A stretch of DNA of 64,000 bases, taken from the NCBI RefSeq assembly GCF_009914755.1, contig NC_060935.1. One strand, given 5' to 3'. Both the position numbers and the translations under genes were made by a program. Of the stretch, positions 13,730 through 26,289 are shown piece after piece (position 1 is the first letter of the stretch; the number at the start of each line of letters is the position of its first letter). Source of the stretch: the human T2T-CHM13v2.0 reference genome, Homo sapiens. The notes beneath the pieces were generated by a model. The model did no database searches, was not told the DNA's origin, and saw nothing but the letters and a program-made list of their open reading frames with translations.

Positions 13730-14050
13730 ATAATAATAATACTTGATATTGTTATAATTGCACAGCAATTGCATTTATAACACCTCATCTAATCTTTTTT
13801 AATTTTTTTTCCTTTTTGGAGATAGTCTGGCTATATTGAGGAGGAAGGATTCGAACCTCTGAGCTCAAGGGATCCTCCTGCCTCAAATAGCTGGGACTAT
13901 AAGCCTGCACCACTGTACCCAGTTCTATCACCTCATTTAATCTGATGACAACCCTGTACAGTAGGTATATTCTCAGGAATTTTAAAACTAAGCAGAAATG
14001 AAGAGGTTTAACAAGTCATGCCTACAACCACAGAGATAGTAAACGGCTTC
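13730..14050 (-). mobile_element. MIR, split by an Alu monomer
   Basis: CTCATTTAATC..ACAACCCTG..AGTAGGTA MIR core in reverse. Confidence 0.6.
13796..13928 (-). mobile_element. Free left Alu monomer (FLAM/FAM-like)
   Basis: Monomer-length Alu; 15-bp TSD CACCTCAT(C/T)TAATCT at 13781-13795 and 13929-13943. Confidence 0.85.
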
Positions 14051-14149
14051 CTGCTCTAAGGCCCCCCTTCCTATTCTATTTTGGCACTTCCAGGCATCAA
14101 TCAATTGAATAGAAGCCCATTATCCATTGCAGCATTAAGACTATAAAAT

Positions 14150-14290
14150 TCATTCATTCATTCAAAAAAATGAATTTCTTTAGTGCATCTACGCATCAGG
14201 AACTAGAGATGCCACAGATAACAAGACAAAGCCTCTGCTCTCGTGGAGCTTAAATTATAGAACAGAAAGGCAGACAACAAGGGCGTACGT
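14150..14290 (-). mobile_element. L2 3' end fragment
   Basis: (CATT)n terminus followed by AAGACAAAGCCTCTGCTCTCGTGGAGCTT. Confidence 0.6.
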
Positions 14291-14604
14291 AAACAACTTA
14301 CCATAGAATATATAATTCTGAGATGATGATGTAATTGTTCCAAAGGCCAAATATGACATTTTCAGTAGAACCATGTCAAATGAGCTGTATTATCATATAG
14401 CCCAAACACTCTGACATTGGGTGCCATGTATACCAAACAAACAGGTACTTACTGACAGATATCAGATACACAAACACTGGGCTGGTTCTGCCTTAGAGCA
14501 GTGCTTCCCAAAGGCTGGACTACAATGTATTTATAGTTCATGATAAATTTTTCACCATCCAAGGCTAAATGAGAAAGAATTTTCACCATTCAAGGCAAGA
14601 TGAG

Positions 14605-14974
14605 TGCTATGGTCTGAAAATGTGTGTGTCCCTGCAAAATTCATATGTTGAAACCTAAATCCTCAATGCAATAGTATTATGAAGTGAGGCCTTTGGAAGG
14701 TGATTGTGTCATGAGGGCTTTACCCTCATGAATGGGGTCAGTACCCTTTTATGAGAGACCTAAAGCCGCTTGTTCATCCCCTCCACCATGTGAGGATGCA
14801 GCCAAGAAGGTGCCATCTTTGGAGCAGAGAGCAAGCCCTCATCAGACACCGAATTTGTTGGTGCCTTCATCTGGTACTTCTCAGCCACCAAAACTATAAG
14901 TAATAAATTTTCGTTGTTTATAAATTACTCAGTCTAAGGTGTTTTTGTTATAGCGGCGCAAATGTACTAAGACA
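14605..14974 (+). mobile_element. MLT1A0-like MaLR solo LTR
   Basis: TGCTATGGTCTGAA...ACTAAGACA; perfect 5-bp TSD ATGAG. Confidence 0.88.
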
Positions 14975-15261
14975 ATGAGAGATAGTATGATTAAGTTCTT
15001 CATAATAGTTAATTATCCAAGGCCATGGAAAGGACCCAAATATGAGAATGCTATTACATCACTCCAAAGGCACACGAAATCTAAAATGTGTTAATTTCAC
15101 ACATTGGAAAAGTAGATAATGTCCCCTATAGTCTAACAAATGTAACTTCTGCAACCATACTGCTATTGAACTAAACACTCCAATGTAAAGTTTAAACTAC
15201 CATCCATCTGTGATCTCTGTTTTTTCATAATACCTTCTTATCTCAGGACTGAAACATCCAC

Positions 15262-15747
15262 TATATTAGTCTTCTATGGCTGCTGTAACATATCATCTCA
15301 AAGTTAGTGGCTCAAAACCATGCAAATTAATTATCTGAAAGCTCTGGAGATCAGAAGTTTAAAATGGGTTGGCAGAGTTGTAAACCTTCTGTAGGTTGCA
15401 GGGGAGAACCTGTTTCCTTGCCTTTTCCAGCTTCTAGAGGCTGTCAGCTTTCCTTCACTGGTGGCCCCTCATCACTTCAACCTTTGCTTCTGTCATCACA
15501 TCACTCTCTCTCCCTGTGTTTCCATCATCACATCCCCTTCTCTGACTCTGAAACTCCTGCCTCCCTCTTATAAGGACTCTTGTGATTACACAGGGCCCTC
15601 ATGGATAATCCAGGATAGCCTCCTCATTTCAAGACCCTTAACTTCATTGCATCTGCAAAGTCCCATCAGCCATATCACTAACATATTCACAGGTTTGAGA
15701 AATGAGAACATGAACATCTTTGAAGTGCCATTATTTGGCCTACCACA
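15262..15747 (-). mobile_element. MLT1B/C-like MaLR solo LTR
   Basis: TATTAGTCTTCTATGGCTGCTGTAACA...TTGGCCTACCACA. Confidence 0.8.
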
Positions 15748-16009
15748 TTTACCAAAGTTGACTGATATAATCAGAGATATTGAAGAGCTCTAGATGTTGG
15801 TCTTATTCTCAGACAACTCTATAAATATAGTGACGAGTAATACAAAATGGTTGGAAATATTGAACCACTATTTTAAGGGTATGTTTCACTGAATCAGTGT
15901 AAAGAACATCAGGGTATCACTTATTTAACATGATGAAGATAGCACATACTTTACCTCACGAGTCAGCTAGGAATATAAGAAGAATTCTTATTTGTTAGTT
16001 ACATGCAAG

Positions 16010-16165
16010 GTGCCTAACTTATTATATTATCTGATCATCCAAACAACCAAAAGGTTAGTTACATTATCTACATTTATAGATCTGGAAACTGAGGCTGAGC
16101 AGATAAATAATTTGTTCAAGGTCACACAATTATAAATAACAGGGCAAAAATTTGAACTCAGATGC
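16010..16165 (-). mobile_element. MIR
   Basis: GGAAACTGAGGCT..AGATAAATAATTTGTTCAAGGTCACACA core. Confidence 0.7.
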
Positions 16166-16239
16166 AACATTGATAGCAAAAGCAAAGTGGAAGTAATATT
16201 TATTCAGGATCATGTTAATCACTGCATATATGTGACTTA

Positions 16240-16710
16240 GTATCAATACACAGAATAATATTTAAATATTTACCCTAATTCAAGTAGTTCCCTATTAATG
16301 GGCATTTAGGTTGTTTCCAAATTGTAATTGCAAACACTGCTATAATGAATGACACTGAACATCTTGCTTCAAATACTTAACATAAATCCTCATTCTGATA
16401 CACAGTGCCAAATCACTGTCCAAAAAATTTACCCTGATTTACAATCCCACTAACAGTGTGTAGAAATATCTATTTTACTCACACTCTTATCAACTCCAGG
16501 TGTGAGCAAACTTTAAAATCTTTATCATATTGTTAGGTAAAAGCTTATATTGTGTTTTGATTTTCATTTTTAAATTATCTGAGCTCAATTAACATTACTT
16601 AATATTTTAATGGCCATTTGTGATTTCTTTTTTTCTATGAACTTACTGCTTATAATCTTAGACCATTTTTCTACTTTCCATCTATTTATTAATTTGAAAG
16701 AACTCTACAC
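16240..16710 (-). mobile_element. Ancient L1 (L1ME-type) fragment
   Basis: ATGGGCATTTAGGTTGTTTCCA...TTTACAATCCCACTAACAGTGTG. Confidence 0.65.
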
Positions 16711-16711
16711 A

Positions 16712-17084
16712 CAGTCATCCCTTGGTATTCATGGGGATTAGTTCCAGGACCTGGATACCAAAATCTAAGGATTCTCAAGTTCTTTATATCAATGGTGCAG
16801 TATTTGCATACAGCCTAGGTACATCCTCCCATATACTTTAAATAATCCCTAGATAACTTATACTTAATTGAATGTAAATGCTATGTAAATAGTTGTTATG
16901 CATCAGACACTATTCTAGGAAGTGATTGTTATCAGTTATGTTGTGTTGTTTAGGGAATAATGACCAAATAAAGATCTGTACATGTTCAGTACAAATGTAA
17001 CCATCCATTTTTTTTCTAACAATTTTTGATCCATGGTTGGCTGAATCCATGGATGTGGAACCCATGGATACAGAAAGCCTACTA
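16712..17084 (+). mobile_element. MER2-type (Tigger family) DNA transposon MITE
   Basis: Terminal inverted repeats CAGTCATCCCTTGGTATTCATGGG / CCCATGGATACAGAAAGCCTACTA. Confidence 0.85.
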
Positions 17085-18531
17085 TGTTCATAAATTAGGC
17101 CTTTGTCTATGTGTGGAAAATTTTGTTTCTGGTCTATCATTTGTCTTTCAATTTTTTCCTTTAATAATAACACTTCTACTAGTATTCCCTTTAGCATGAT
17201 TTATGATTTAGCTTATGCCATACATATAAAACCTTGCAGCAAATATTATCAAGGAAGACAGAAGAGAGTCCTAGAGGTCCACAGACAATATCAAAAGGTA
17301 TGGAAAAGGTGGTAGAGATGAGCAGTATGAACTCTAAAAGGGAAATTTTGTTGATTGATAATGGTACAAGATTAATGGATAGACTATAGGTGTTAATCAG
17401 TTCTCATTAAATCATGAGTGTGGGTGGTAGGGGGTGGGAAATGGATAAAAGAACAAATTCAAATAAAGGTCATGAGAAAGAGTGATGTCCATGGAGGGTT
17501 GGGTTTCAACAGAAACAAAGAAGTGAAAAGATAAAGAATGGAGAGGTTGTAGGCTTTGCTCCAGTCTAGTAGGCCTTCTCACGGTATTGAGAATTCACCA
17601 TATTCATTTCCATCTATCTACTTTTGCTTGGTCATACATTTTCCTTTATCTATCATGCCTCTTACACTCTATTCCACCTCTCCAGTATACATTATTGTAA
17701 AGAAGTTTATATTACGAATAAGTAGAGTCTATATTTTAAACTTCATTGTATCTCTTGGCATGTCCAGCACATGGTAGGACCTCAGTAAGCAGATAGGCTT
17801 CCCTACTTGGATAAATGGCACAATCTTATCATACAAACCAGAAACCAGGGAGCCATGCCTTCCCTTTCCTTATCCAGGTAATCACTAAGTCCCACCAACT
17901 GTGGCTCACCAAAATCTCTCGAATCTTTTCCTATCTCTTAATCCTCACTCTCACCGTTAGGACCTCACCAGCACTCACTTGGATTATTGCCATAGCGTTC
18001 TAACTGTTCTTTCTGCTTCCAAAATTAGCCCACACTGACTTATCCACTCCTGTATTGACAACTTTTTTTCCTAGAAGTTCAAATCTAATCCCATCATTTT
18101 CTAAATAAAACCCTTCAAGGAAAAACCCCTTCGCATGATACCAAGGACCTATTGACCCAATGTTGGCTACCTTTCCAACTGTGTGTCCCACCATTTCTCT
18201 TCATTGAACTGTATGATTCAACTATGTCAAGTCAGTATTTAGAAGTCCCCATATGCACCACTGCTCTACCAGTAAGCCACTGCTCTTTGACAGAAGTTGG
18301 TACCTCTGCCCAGAGTTCCCTCTCACCTTCCCTAAGGCCTAATCATGCTTCACAATTTAGTTTAAACATCATATATTCTAGTAAGCCTTCTCTGATGATA
18401 TGCATACATACACATATACACACACATATGGAAAATGTGTCATTCCCTTCTCTGTACTACCATAGTACCTTGTTTTCAGACCCTATGCTACAGCAATTGT
18501 TGCAGCATATTGAATGATTCATCTATAAGAC

Positions 18532-19098
<567 letters not shown>

Positions 19099-19123
19099 AG
19101 GACTGTCTCCCTCAACTAAACTA

Positions 19124-19330
19124 CAGGTTAAGTATCCCTAATCTGAAAATTTGAAATCTAAAATGCTCCTAAGTTTGAAATGTTTTGAGCACCAACATGA
19201 TGCTCAAGGGAAATGCTTATTGGAGTATTTCATATCTTGGGTTTTCAGATTAGCAATGCTCAATCAGTAAGTATAATGAAAGTATTCAAAATCTGAAAAA
19301 AATTAAAAATGTGAAACACTTTTGGTCCCA
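19124..19330 (+). mobile_element. Tigger4a/MER46A-type DNA transposon fragment
   Basis: TA + CAGGTTAAGTATCCCTAATCTGAAAAT...AAACACTTTTGGTCCCA. Confidence 0.8.
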
Positions 19331-22003
19331 CTTCTGTTTCTTTGACTTTTTTCTCTGAATAGTTATTGCACAAGGTTTGCAGAAAGCAAGTGCCCAATAA
19401 ACATTAACAGAGTGATTGACTCCTTTACCTTGGAAAAATAATAGGTGGCACACAAGTCACCAGACAAATGCTCCATTGCCCTCTGATGGCCTTCCCTCCT
19501 ACAGAGAGGACCATCACACCAGATGTTGCAAAGCCACTCATTAACCCTTTGGAGAACAAACTAAGAGAACACTTTACTCTGTCAACCATGCTAACTCACA
19601 CAGAGAGTTGCTTACTTGATTCTACCAAGGTCTTATGGGTCAAAATGTTTTGCCTAAGTTTATGGTTCCAGAACAAAGAAAAATATTTTTAGAAAGTACT
19701 CATGTCAATTCTTAACAGCACACATGTAGCAAGTCAATGGCTGCTGACAGTGGAACTGAAGTGGACAGAAGTTCAGATTCGGGCCCGCTTTGACTAACTC
19801 TTGACCATAATATTAACGGGAAAATCTACAAGGTCCATCCTTCGCAAAATCAATGAAAATAATGAGGAAATAAATACACTGAATGTTCTTAGCCCCAGCA
19901 CCACTGCAGTCATTTGGCTACGAAGAGTATTCAAAACTAAAGTTTGATGATATCATGATAGTTAAGTTTTTTCAGCATATCACAAGCCCTTGCTTCTGAT
20001 TCAGTGTTTAATGTCGACAAGATTACTTCTTGTTGTGCCACTTGGGTGCATTACAAACACATGTATAATCAGTAGGGGATTCACTGACCTCAAATTTGCC
20101 TGTAAGTTCTCCATACCAAAATTTCTGATGATATGAACCAATACGAATTGTTTTAAATAGCTGTTACATGGAGTTATTTTTTTCTGATTAGTCTACATAC
20201 TCATTTTGGAAAATTTAGAAAATATGGACAAGGATAGAAAAAAATAAAAGTTACCTATTATTCCACAACTTAGAGAAAAAACATCATGTATTTTCCTTTA
20301 TACATAAAAACATATTTTTACATAACTGAGACCATATTTTTATTTTCTTCCATAACTCTACTTTTTAGTTAATTTTATATTATGAGCCTTCTTTGTATAA
20401 TTAAAATAGCTCCATAGCCATCATTTTAATGGCTCCACAATTTCGTCTAATGCATGAACCATAAGTTACTTAATCTTTTCCTTATTGATGGCCATTTGTT
20501 TCATTTTTTTTTGACAATGTAAATAATACTGTGATGGACATTTTTGCATGTAACAACTACTTCATTTCTTATCATTTTCTTAGAACAAATCCCCAAATGT
20601 TTAATTGGTATGTCAAAAGTTATAAACAGTGTTAAAGCTTTTGATAAATGTTCCAAAGGGCATTCCAGAATATTTCCACAGATATTTACTGAGTATCATG
20701 TGTTCCCTAATTAAACTGCAGCAGTCACCACTGGAACAAGATAAAAATCTCACCCTGTGGCTTGTTGAGTCTTTTCCCCTCCGGACATCTATCTGCCCCC
20801 TTACCATACTGTGCACTTTGAGGATAAGAAGAAAGTCATTACACTTTGGACTGTCCAGGGCTTTCACAGGCTTCCTCACGCCTTACTTTCTAGCCAGGTG
20901 TTTAGAAGAGAGTTACAACATACACGTTTCTAAGGTGAAAGAAGTCAAAGCCAGCAGTCTCCTACAAGAGCTCCCAAGGGAGGGAGGGAGTAGGAATTGT
21001 GATATAGCGAAGAGTGGACTTCAGTTAAAGAGTGGATTGGAAGTTATGGAGGCTAGTCCTGGTTCTTCCACTAACGACTGTGAAACCTTTGGCAAAAATT
21101 TCACTGCCTTAAGTCTCTTCTAGAAGTTGATCAAGAGTAACTAAATGGTCTCTAACAATCCTTTAAAAGCAAAAATGCAATTATTCTAGTGATTAAAGTT
21201 TTCTTCAGGAGACCATGAATCATTCTATTTGATAGTAGCTCCTCTTCCAAAATGTGAGCTTTCATCCTGGGAGCTCAGTGGAATTTTTTGGCAACTGAAG
21301 TTGTACGGAGAGATATAATTTGGCTTTCTAATCAAGGTCCTTCTTTCCTTACTCCTCGCTCATCCTTCAAGCCTCAAATCAAAGGTTACTTCTTTAAAAA
21401 GGTCTTATGACCTAAATTAGGATCCCTTGGTTTTTCTTTCATACTATCCAATCAATTCCTTACCTTCAAAACACTTACCAACGTTTCTAATATATATTTA
21501 TATGTATTTATTTGTATAGTGACTTCCCCTACTTATTAGCTTCATAAAAGCTGGGACCATAAATATTTTTGTTTTTTTTTACCTTCGTGTACCTCGTGCC
21601 TAACAGCTCCTGGACAGTAGTTGATTCTCAATAATAAATGTTACTGAAAATAAATATTGAGAATACATACTAATAATAATCATTTACTGAGAACCTAGGT
21701 AATTTTCACATATATTGTCATTTGACTCTGACAACTTTGAAGTTTCACATAAGGATACTGAGCTTAAAAAATTAATTCCTCCTTGTTACCCTCCTTTCAT
21801 CCAAGATCTTAACATCAAGGGCCAGTCTTGATTCTTGAGTCTGCTTTTTATTCCCTCTTCCACCCTAGACTCCCTCAAGAGCCTAAAGAGCTCTCAACTT
21901 TCCCTTCCTGTTGGATGAAAACTTCCCTAAATCACACATTTCCTCTTCACATCTTATTCCATTCACCCTCACAGTTGTTGTAGTTTGCTACAGCAACTGA
22001 TAA

Positions 22004-22918
22004 TGAGGGTAGAAAGGGAAAAAACACTATTTCTGTACACTCACACACTTCTGACAGCAAACGTGGTGGTTTTCCCTACACCAACCAATCCTCCAAGTCT
22101 CTGGACACCAACTGGGTGTCCTACAATTTATTTCAATTCTGACACTAACTACCTGGAGTTATCACAGACCCCACAGGTTAAGGGTTTAGTTGCACAAGAC
22201 TATCCACCCCCCGACCAATTCTGCCACCAATCACAAGTAGTGGATCCCCAGGTTACCCACACTTCTGTCTGACTTGGCTACAAACCTAGGGTTCCCATGA
22301 CTCCCTCCTCAGGTTCAGAAATTTGCTATAATGACTCACTGAACTCAGGGAAACCGTTTATTTACTATTACCAGTTTATTATAAAGGCTACAACTCAGGA
22401 ATAGCCAAATGGAAGACATGCATAGGGCCAGGTATGAGAGAGGTGCAAAATTTCTATACCCTTTCCCCGTGAACCACCCTCTAAGCACCTTGATGTGTTC
22501 ACCAACCCAGAACCACTCCAAACCCACCATTCAGGGTTTTTACAGAGGATTCTTTACATAGGCATGTTGGATCCACTGCATTGGTGATGAAGTCAATCTC
22601 CAACTCCTCCCCAAAGGTCAAGGGATATGGTTGAAAGTTCCAATCTTCTAGTAATGCCTTGGCCTTTTTGGTAGCCAGCTGTAGTCCAGGGACCCCAGCC
22701 ACAAATCATCTCATTAGCATACAAAAAATACTCTACTCACGCTAAAGATTCTAAGGATTTTAGAAACTCCTGCTTCAGGAACCTGGGACAAAGAGCAAAT
22801 ATTAAGATTAAGAAAAGATGCTCCTATTACCCTTATCACTCAGGAAATTACAAGGATTTTAGGAGCTCTATGTCAGGAACAGGGACAGGACCAAATATAT
22901 ATATATTTTTATGTCACA
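22004..22918 (-). mobile_element. MER21-family LTR
   Basis: GGACACCAACTGGGTGTCCTACAATT, CTACCTGGAGTT..CAGACCCCACAGGTTAAGGG, ends TATGTCACA. Confidence 0.8.
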
Positions 22919-23199
22919 GGGTGCAATAAGAGAAACTGATTTAGTGATATGCAATAAAGGAAACTATCTTAGTGATGTCTAAGTATTTCAAAAATATCTT
23001 TGTTTCAAGACAATTTTTCAGAAAGCACTACACATTCAACATAAAAAAGTCCATAAAATATACTTCCTTATTATCACAACTATTGAGTCTCTTAAAGCAA
23101 ACATATTGAAAGTGTTCATTATTTCTTTGTATAACTAAATATACAAATATCTTTCCTTTTTGCAAATGCTAAAAAATACCTGTTAATCAGTATAGCAAT

Positions 23200-23430
23200 A
23201 ATGATAATTACAATGACTAAATGTAAACTATAATAGATAATGCATGCATTGCCTAATTAATTGTTTTATTCAACCCTAAAAGAACCACATAAGGTAGGTA
23301 TTTTTATTCTTACCTCTTAGAAATAGGCTTACAGACATTAAGTGAATTACCTGAAGGTCACATCTGTGCCAGTATTCAGACACAGATTTTTCTGATTTGA
23401 GTATCTGTATTCTCAACCACCATGCAAACT
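23200..23430 (-). mobile_element. MIR
   Basis: AAGGTAGGTATT...TTAAGTGAATTACCTGAAGGTCACA. Confidence 0.55.
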
Positions 23431-23619
23431 GAATCCTTCTTAATGTCTGCCATCTGTTACTACTGGAGGAAAGAGGGAGTTGAGTACTTGGACTATTTGG
23501 CTAACTGATGCTTACATCAGTTTATGTGCCTCCAAACTTTTACCCTTATAATTACACGTAATGTATATCTTCCAAAATCTATATTGCTCCTTTCCTCTCA
23601 TCTTAAGGACCATTTCAGG

Positions 23620-23830
23620 AAATGATGATGCAATGGAAAGAGTATGGAGTTCAATAATGGCCCCAGCACTTACTGGTCAAGTCATCTTGAATACCTTACT
23701 TAAGTACTTTGAGCCTATTTCATCACCTCTAATATGGAATAGTACCTACATCACTGTTGCCATGAAAACTGGTTGATATAAGTGCAAGTATTTTATGAAG
23801 TATACAGTTGTGAATCGTACAATGTGTATG
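23620..23830 (+). mobile_element. MIR
   Basis: CAGCACTTACTGG..CATCTTGAATACCTTACTTAAG..TTTGAGCCT..CATC..TAATATGGAATAGTACCTAC. Confidence 0.55.
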
Positions 23831-24835
23831 TGTATTTTATGAAGTATAGAGTTGTGATCCTTTTTGTCATCATCATCATGAAAATGAACATTAGTGAGAC
23901 CCTTAGGTGTTACTGAGAGGCATATGTTATTATACCCCATACTGCAAAACTACTCAGTAATCTGCCTCTGTTGCTAAAGTATATATGTAAAGGGTTGTCA
24001 TGGAGTTAGTAATCATTCACCCTACCACTTCGATTTTAGCTAGTGTTTCATTAAACTCTAACATTGCCTCAATGGTAGATCCAGAATTCTACATAGAAAA
24101 ATGTCTATGGCAACAACTTTAGTGATCATGGGACTTGTCTTGAAGGGGTGATCATGGGATTTCTCTTGAAGGCAATTTTTTGCTAGCAAGTATAGATTTC
24201 TACTTTATATTATAAAACAATAAAAATATTATGAATTCCAAAAGTACCCCTTTGCACACTTTCAATAATGAGAAAATAACAGCAGGCCACATCAAAATAT
24301 AATATTATTATTTGGGGAATTCATGGATATAGCAGGGAGCTAAACCTCTGCCACTAAAATGCCACTACTTGCTAGCGTTGTCACTACTTAAAATTCCTGC
24401 CCCTATTTCTACAGTCATGCCCTTGGCCTCCTCTTTACTTTCCTCCTCTATTCTTTCATTTGTACCCTCTTCAAATGTTTTTAGCTTATCACTAGTCAAT
24501 TAGAGTGGCCCCTTTCTACCAATAGTGAACTGATTAATGCTATCACAACAGGAATAATTTTGGAGTCTTGGCCTTCTCAACTATTTTCATTACTCTTCAC
24601 ACCTTAAAAGACCATCCTCATTGCTGGAAATGTTTCTGAACTTACAGTTCATGATTCTTGAAGTTGCCCCCAAAAGCTGACCTCTGAATAAAGAAATCAT
24701 TTTAAATTTTCTACAAAAGAAATGAGTGAAAAAAAATCAAAACAACTTACTAAAGGGAAAAAACATGAATTAAATTGGTTTATTGACAACATGTAGTTGT
24801 CAATAAAAAACCTGATTGATTTTATTTTTATTCAG

Positions 24836-25585
24836 AGGAGGTATTTTGATTTAATGGAGACTCAAGCAAAATATGATAGCAAATTTCAAAGAAGTTATTT
24901 AACTAAAATCCCAAAATCCAATTTTAATTACTTAATCAATGATTCACATTTATTGAGCATCCATTGGCGCAATCAGGGACTAAACCATAAAAGCTCTCTG
25001 TCTGTGAGATATAAACTCCCTGGAAAAGCCTCTTGAGTACTAACAATCACAAACATCCAGAAAGCATGTCACTTTGTATTACATGCACTCAGAAAAGATA
25101 AAAATTTGCCTCTATAATAAGCTAGACACTAGTTTATTAAGTACATCAACAATTTACCATTTAAGGAAATTTGGAGAGGATCAACAAAACTTAAGAATCC
25201 TGGCCAAAAATAATGAGTCCAAAAGCTTGTGAAATTTTCCATCAAACTCAGAAGAAGACTTTGTGTTTTCAGCATGCCTGGAACTTAACAGAAATATAAG
25301 GCAAGGCATCGAGACTGTCACATGGCAGATACTAATTGTTCCGATTAAAGTCTAACAAGCTTGCTTCCCTGCTGCTCAGAGAATGTCTCTGACTTTTGAT
25401 CCTGACATCTGTGTCTTACAAGAATTTCACTCTGCTCTGACATTCCTTCTGATGTTGATCCAGGAATTAATGGATTGTGAAAAAGCTGGCAGGATATCAT
25501 TTAAAAAATAGAATTCCTAGTGTACAAGTGATGAAAAGGTATCAGAATTCACATACTTTGTGTCTGATACCAACACTACTCTCAG
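24836..25585 (+). other. Candidate exon A of a decayed gene or lncRNA
   Basis: Acceptor TTTATTTTTATTCAG| and donor CAG|GTTTGG; no recognisable repeat; frames interrupted by few stops. Confidence 0.3.
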
Positions 25586-26074
25586 GTTTGGGTGTTTTGG
25601 TTTTTTAATGCTAGTCCAAAACAGGATTGAAAATTAAATTTTGTTATAAAGTTCTCATGACAAAATAGTAATTCAATGTTTTTTCATCATATAGGAGGAA
25701 TACATGTTTTTGAAAAATACTAAAGCAAATGCCATATGAAATAATTTGGTCTGAATGACTACTTTTATATAGAGTTGATCATAGATATATAGTTGATCAA
25801 TGTTTATAAGGAATCTGGTATTTTTATATGAAGAAAATGCTTATATGTGCTTAGAAAAGTAAAGGGCTTTTAAAAAGATGACTTGAAACTTGCCCTGGTA
25901 ATACTTATGCCATCTCTCTAATAATTTATAATATGTTTGGAGACTCAGGACTCTAGTAAACTACTGATCAAAAGGGGAATTTTAATTAAGGAAAGTATCT
26001 GTAATTTATAATACAAAAAAAGTTTAAATTAAAACTGTCTAAAGATGTGTTTTAAATTAAGGAATTCTCTTCAG

Positions 26075-26289
26075 GATTGAAATTTTACACATCAGAAGAT
26101 ACTGCCTTGCATTTCATGATTCTGGATAATTACTAGATGCCAGTGGATAACTTAAACATAGCTTAGATTCACTGACATTAATGTGTGACAAGAATTACAG
26201 AACATATTTAGTAATTTTAAAAGAAAAAGTGAAAGGATTTTTGAAAAACCAGGAAGAAATGCCAGAGTGGCAACGATATAAATTTTTGA
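26075..26289 (+). other. Candidate exon B (215 nt) of a decayed gene or lncRNA
   Basis: ATTCTCTTCAG| acceptor, TGA|GTAAGG donor; one frame reads IEILHIRRYCLAFHDSG*LLDASG*LKHSLDSLTLMCDKNYRTYLVILKEKVKGFLKNQEEMPEWQRYKFL. Confidence 0.38.

Noticed and set aside
25575-26085. Reading-phase match between candidate exons A and B as proof of coding
   Set aside because: Any frame continues across a splice junction and the frames were picked by eye, so this is not independent evidence.
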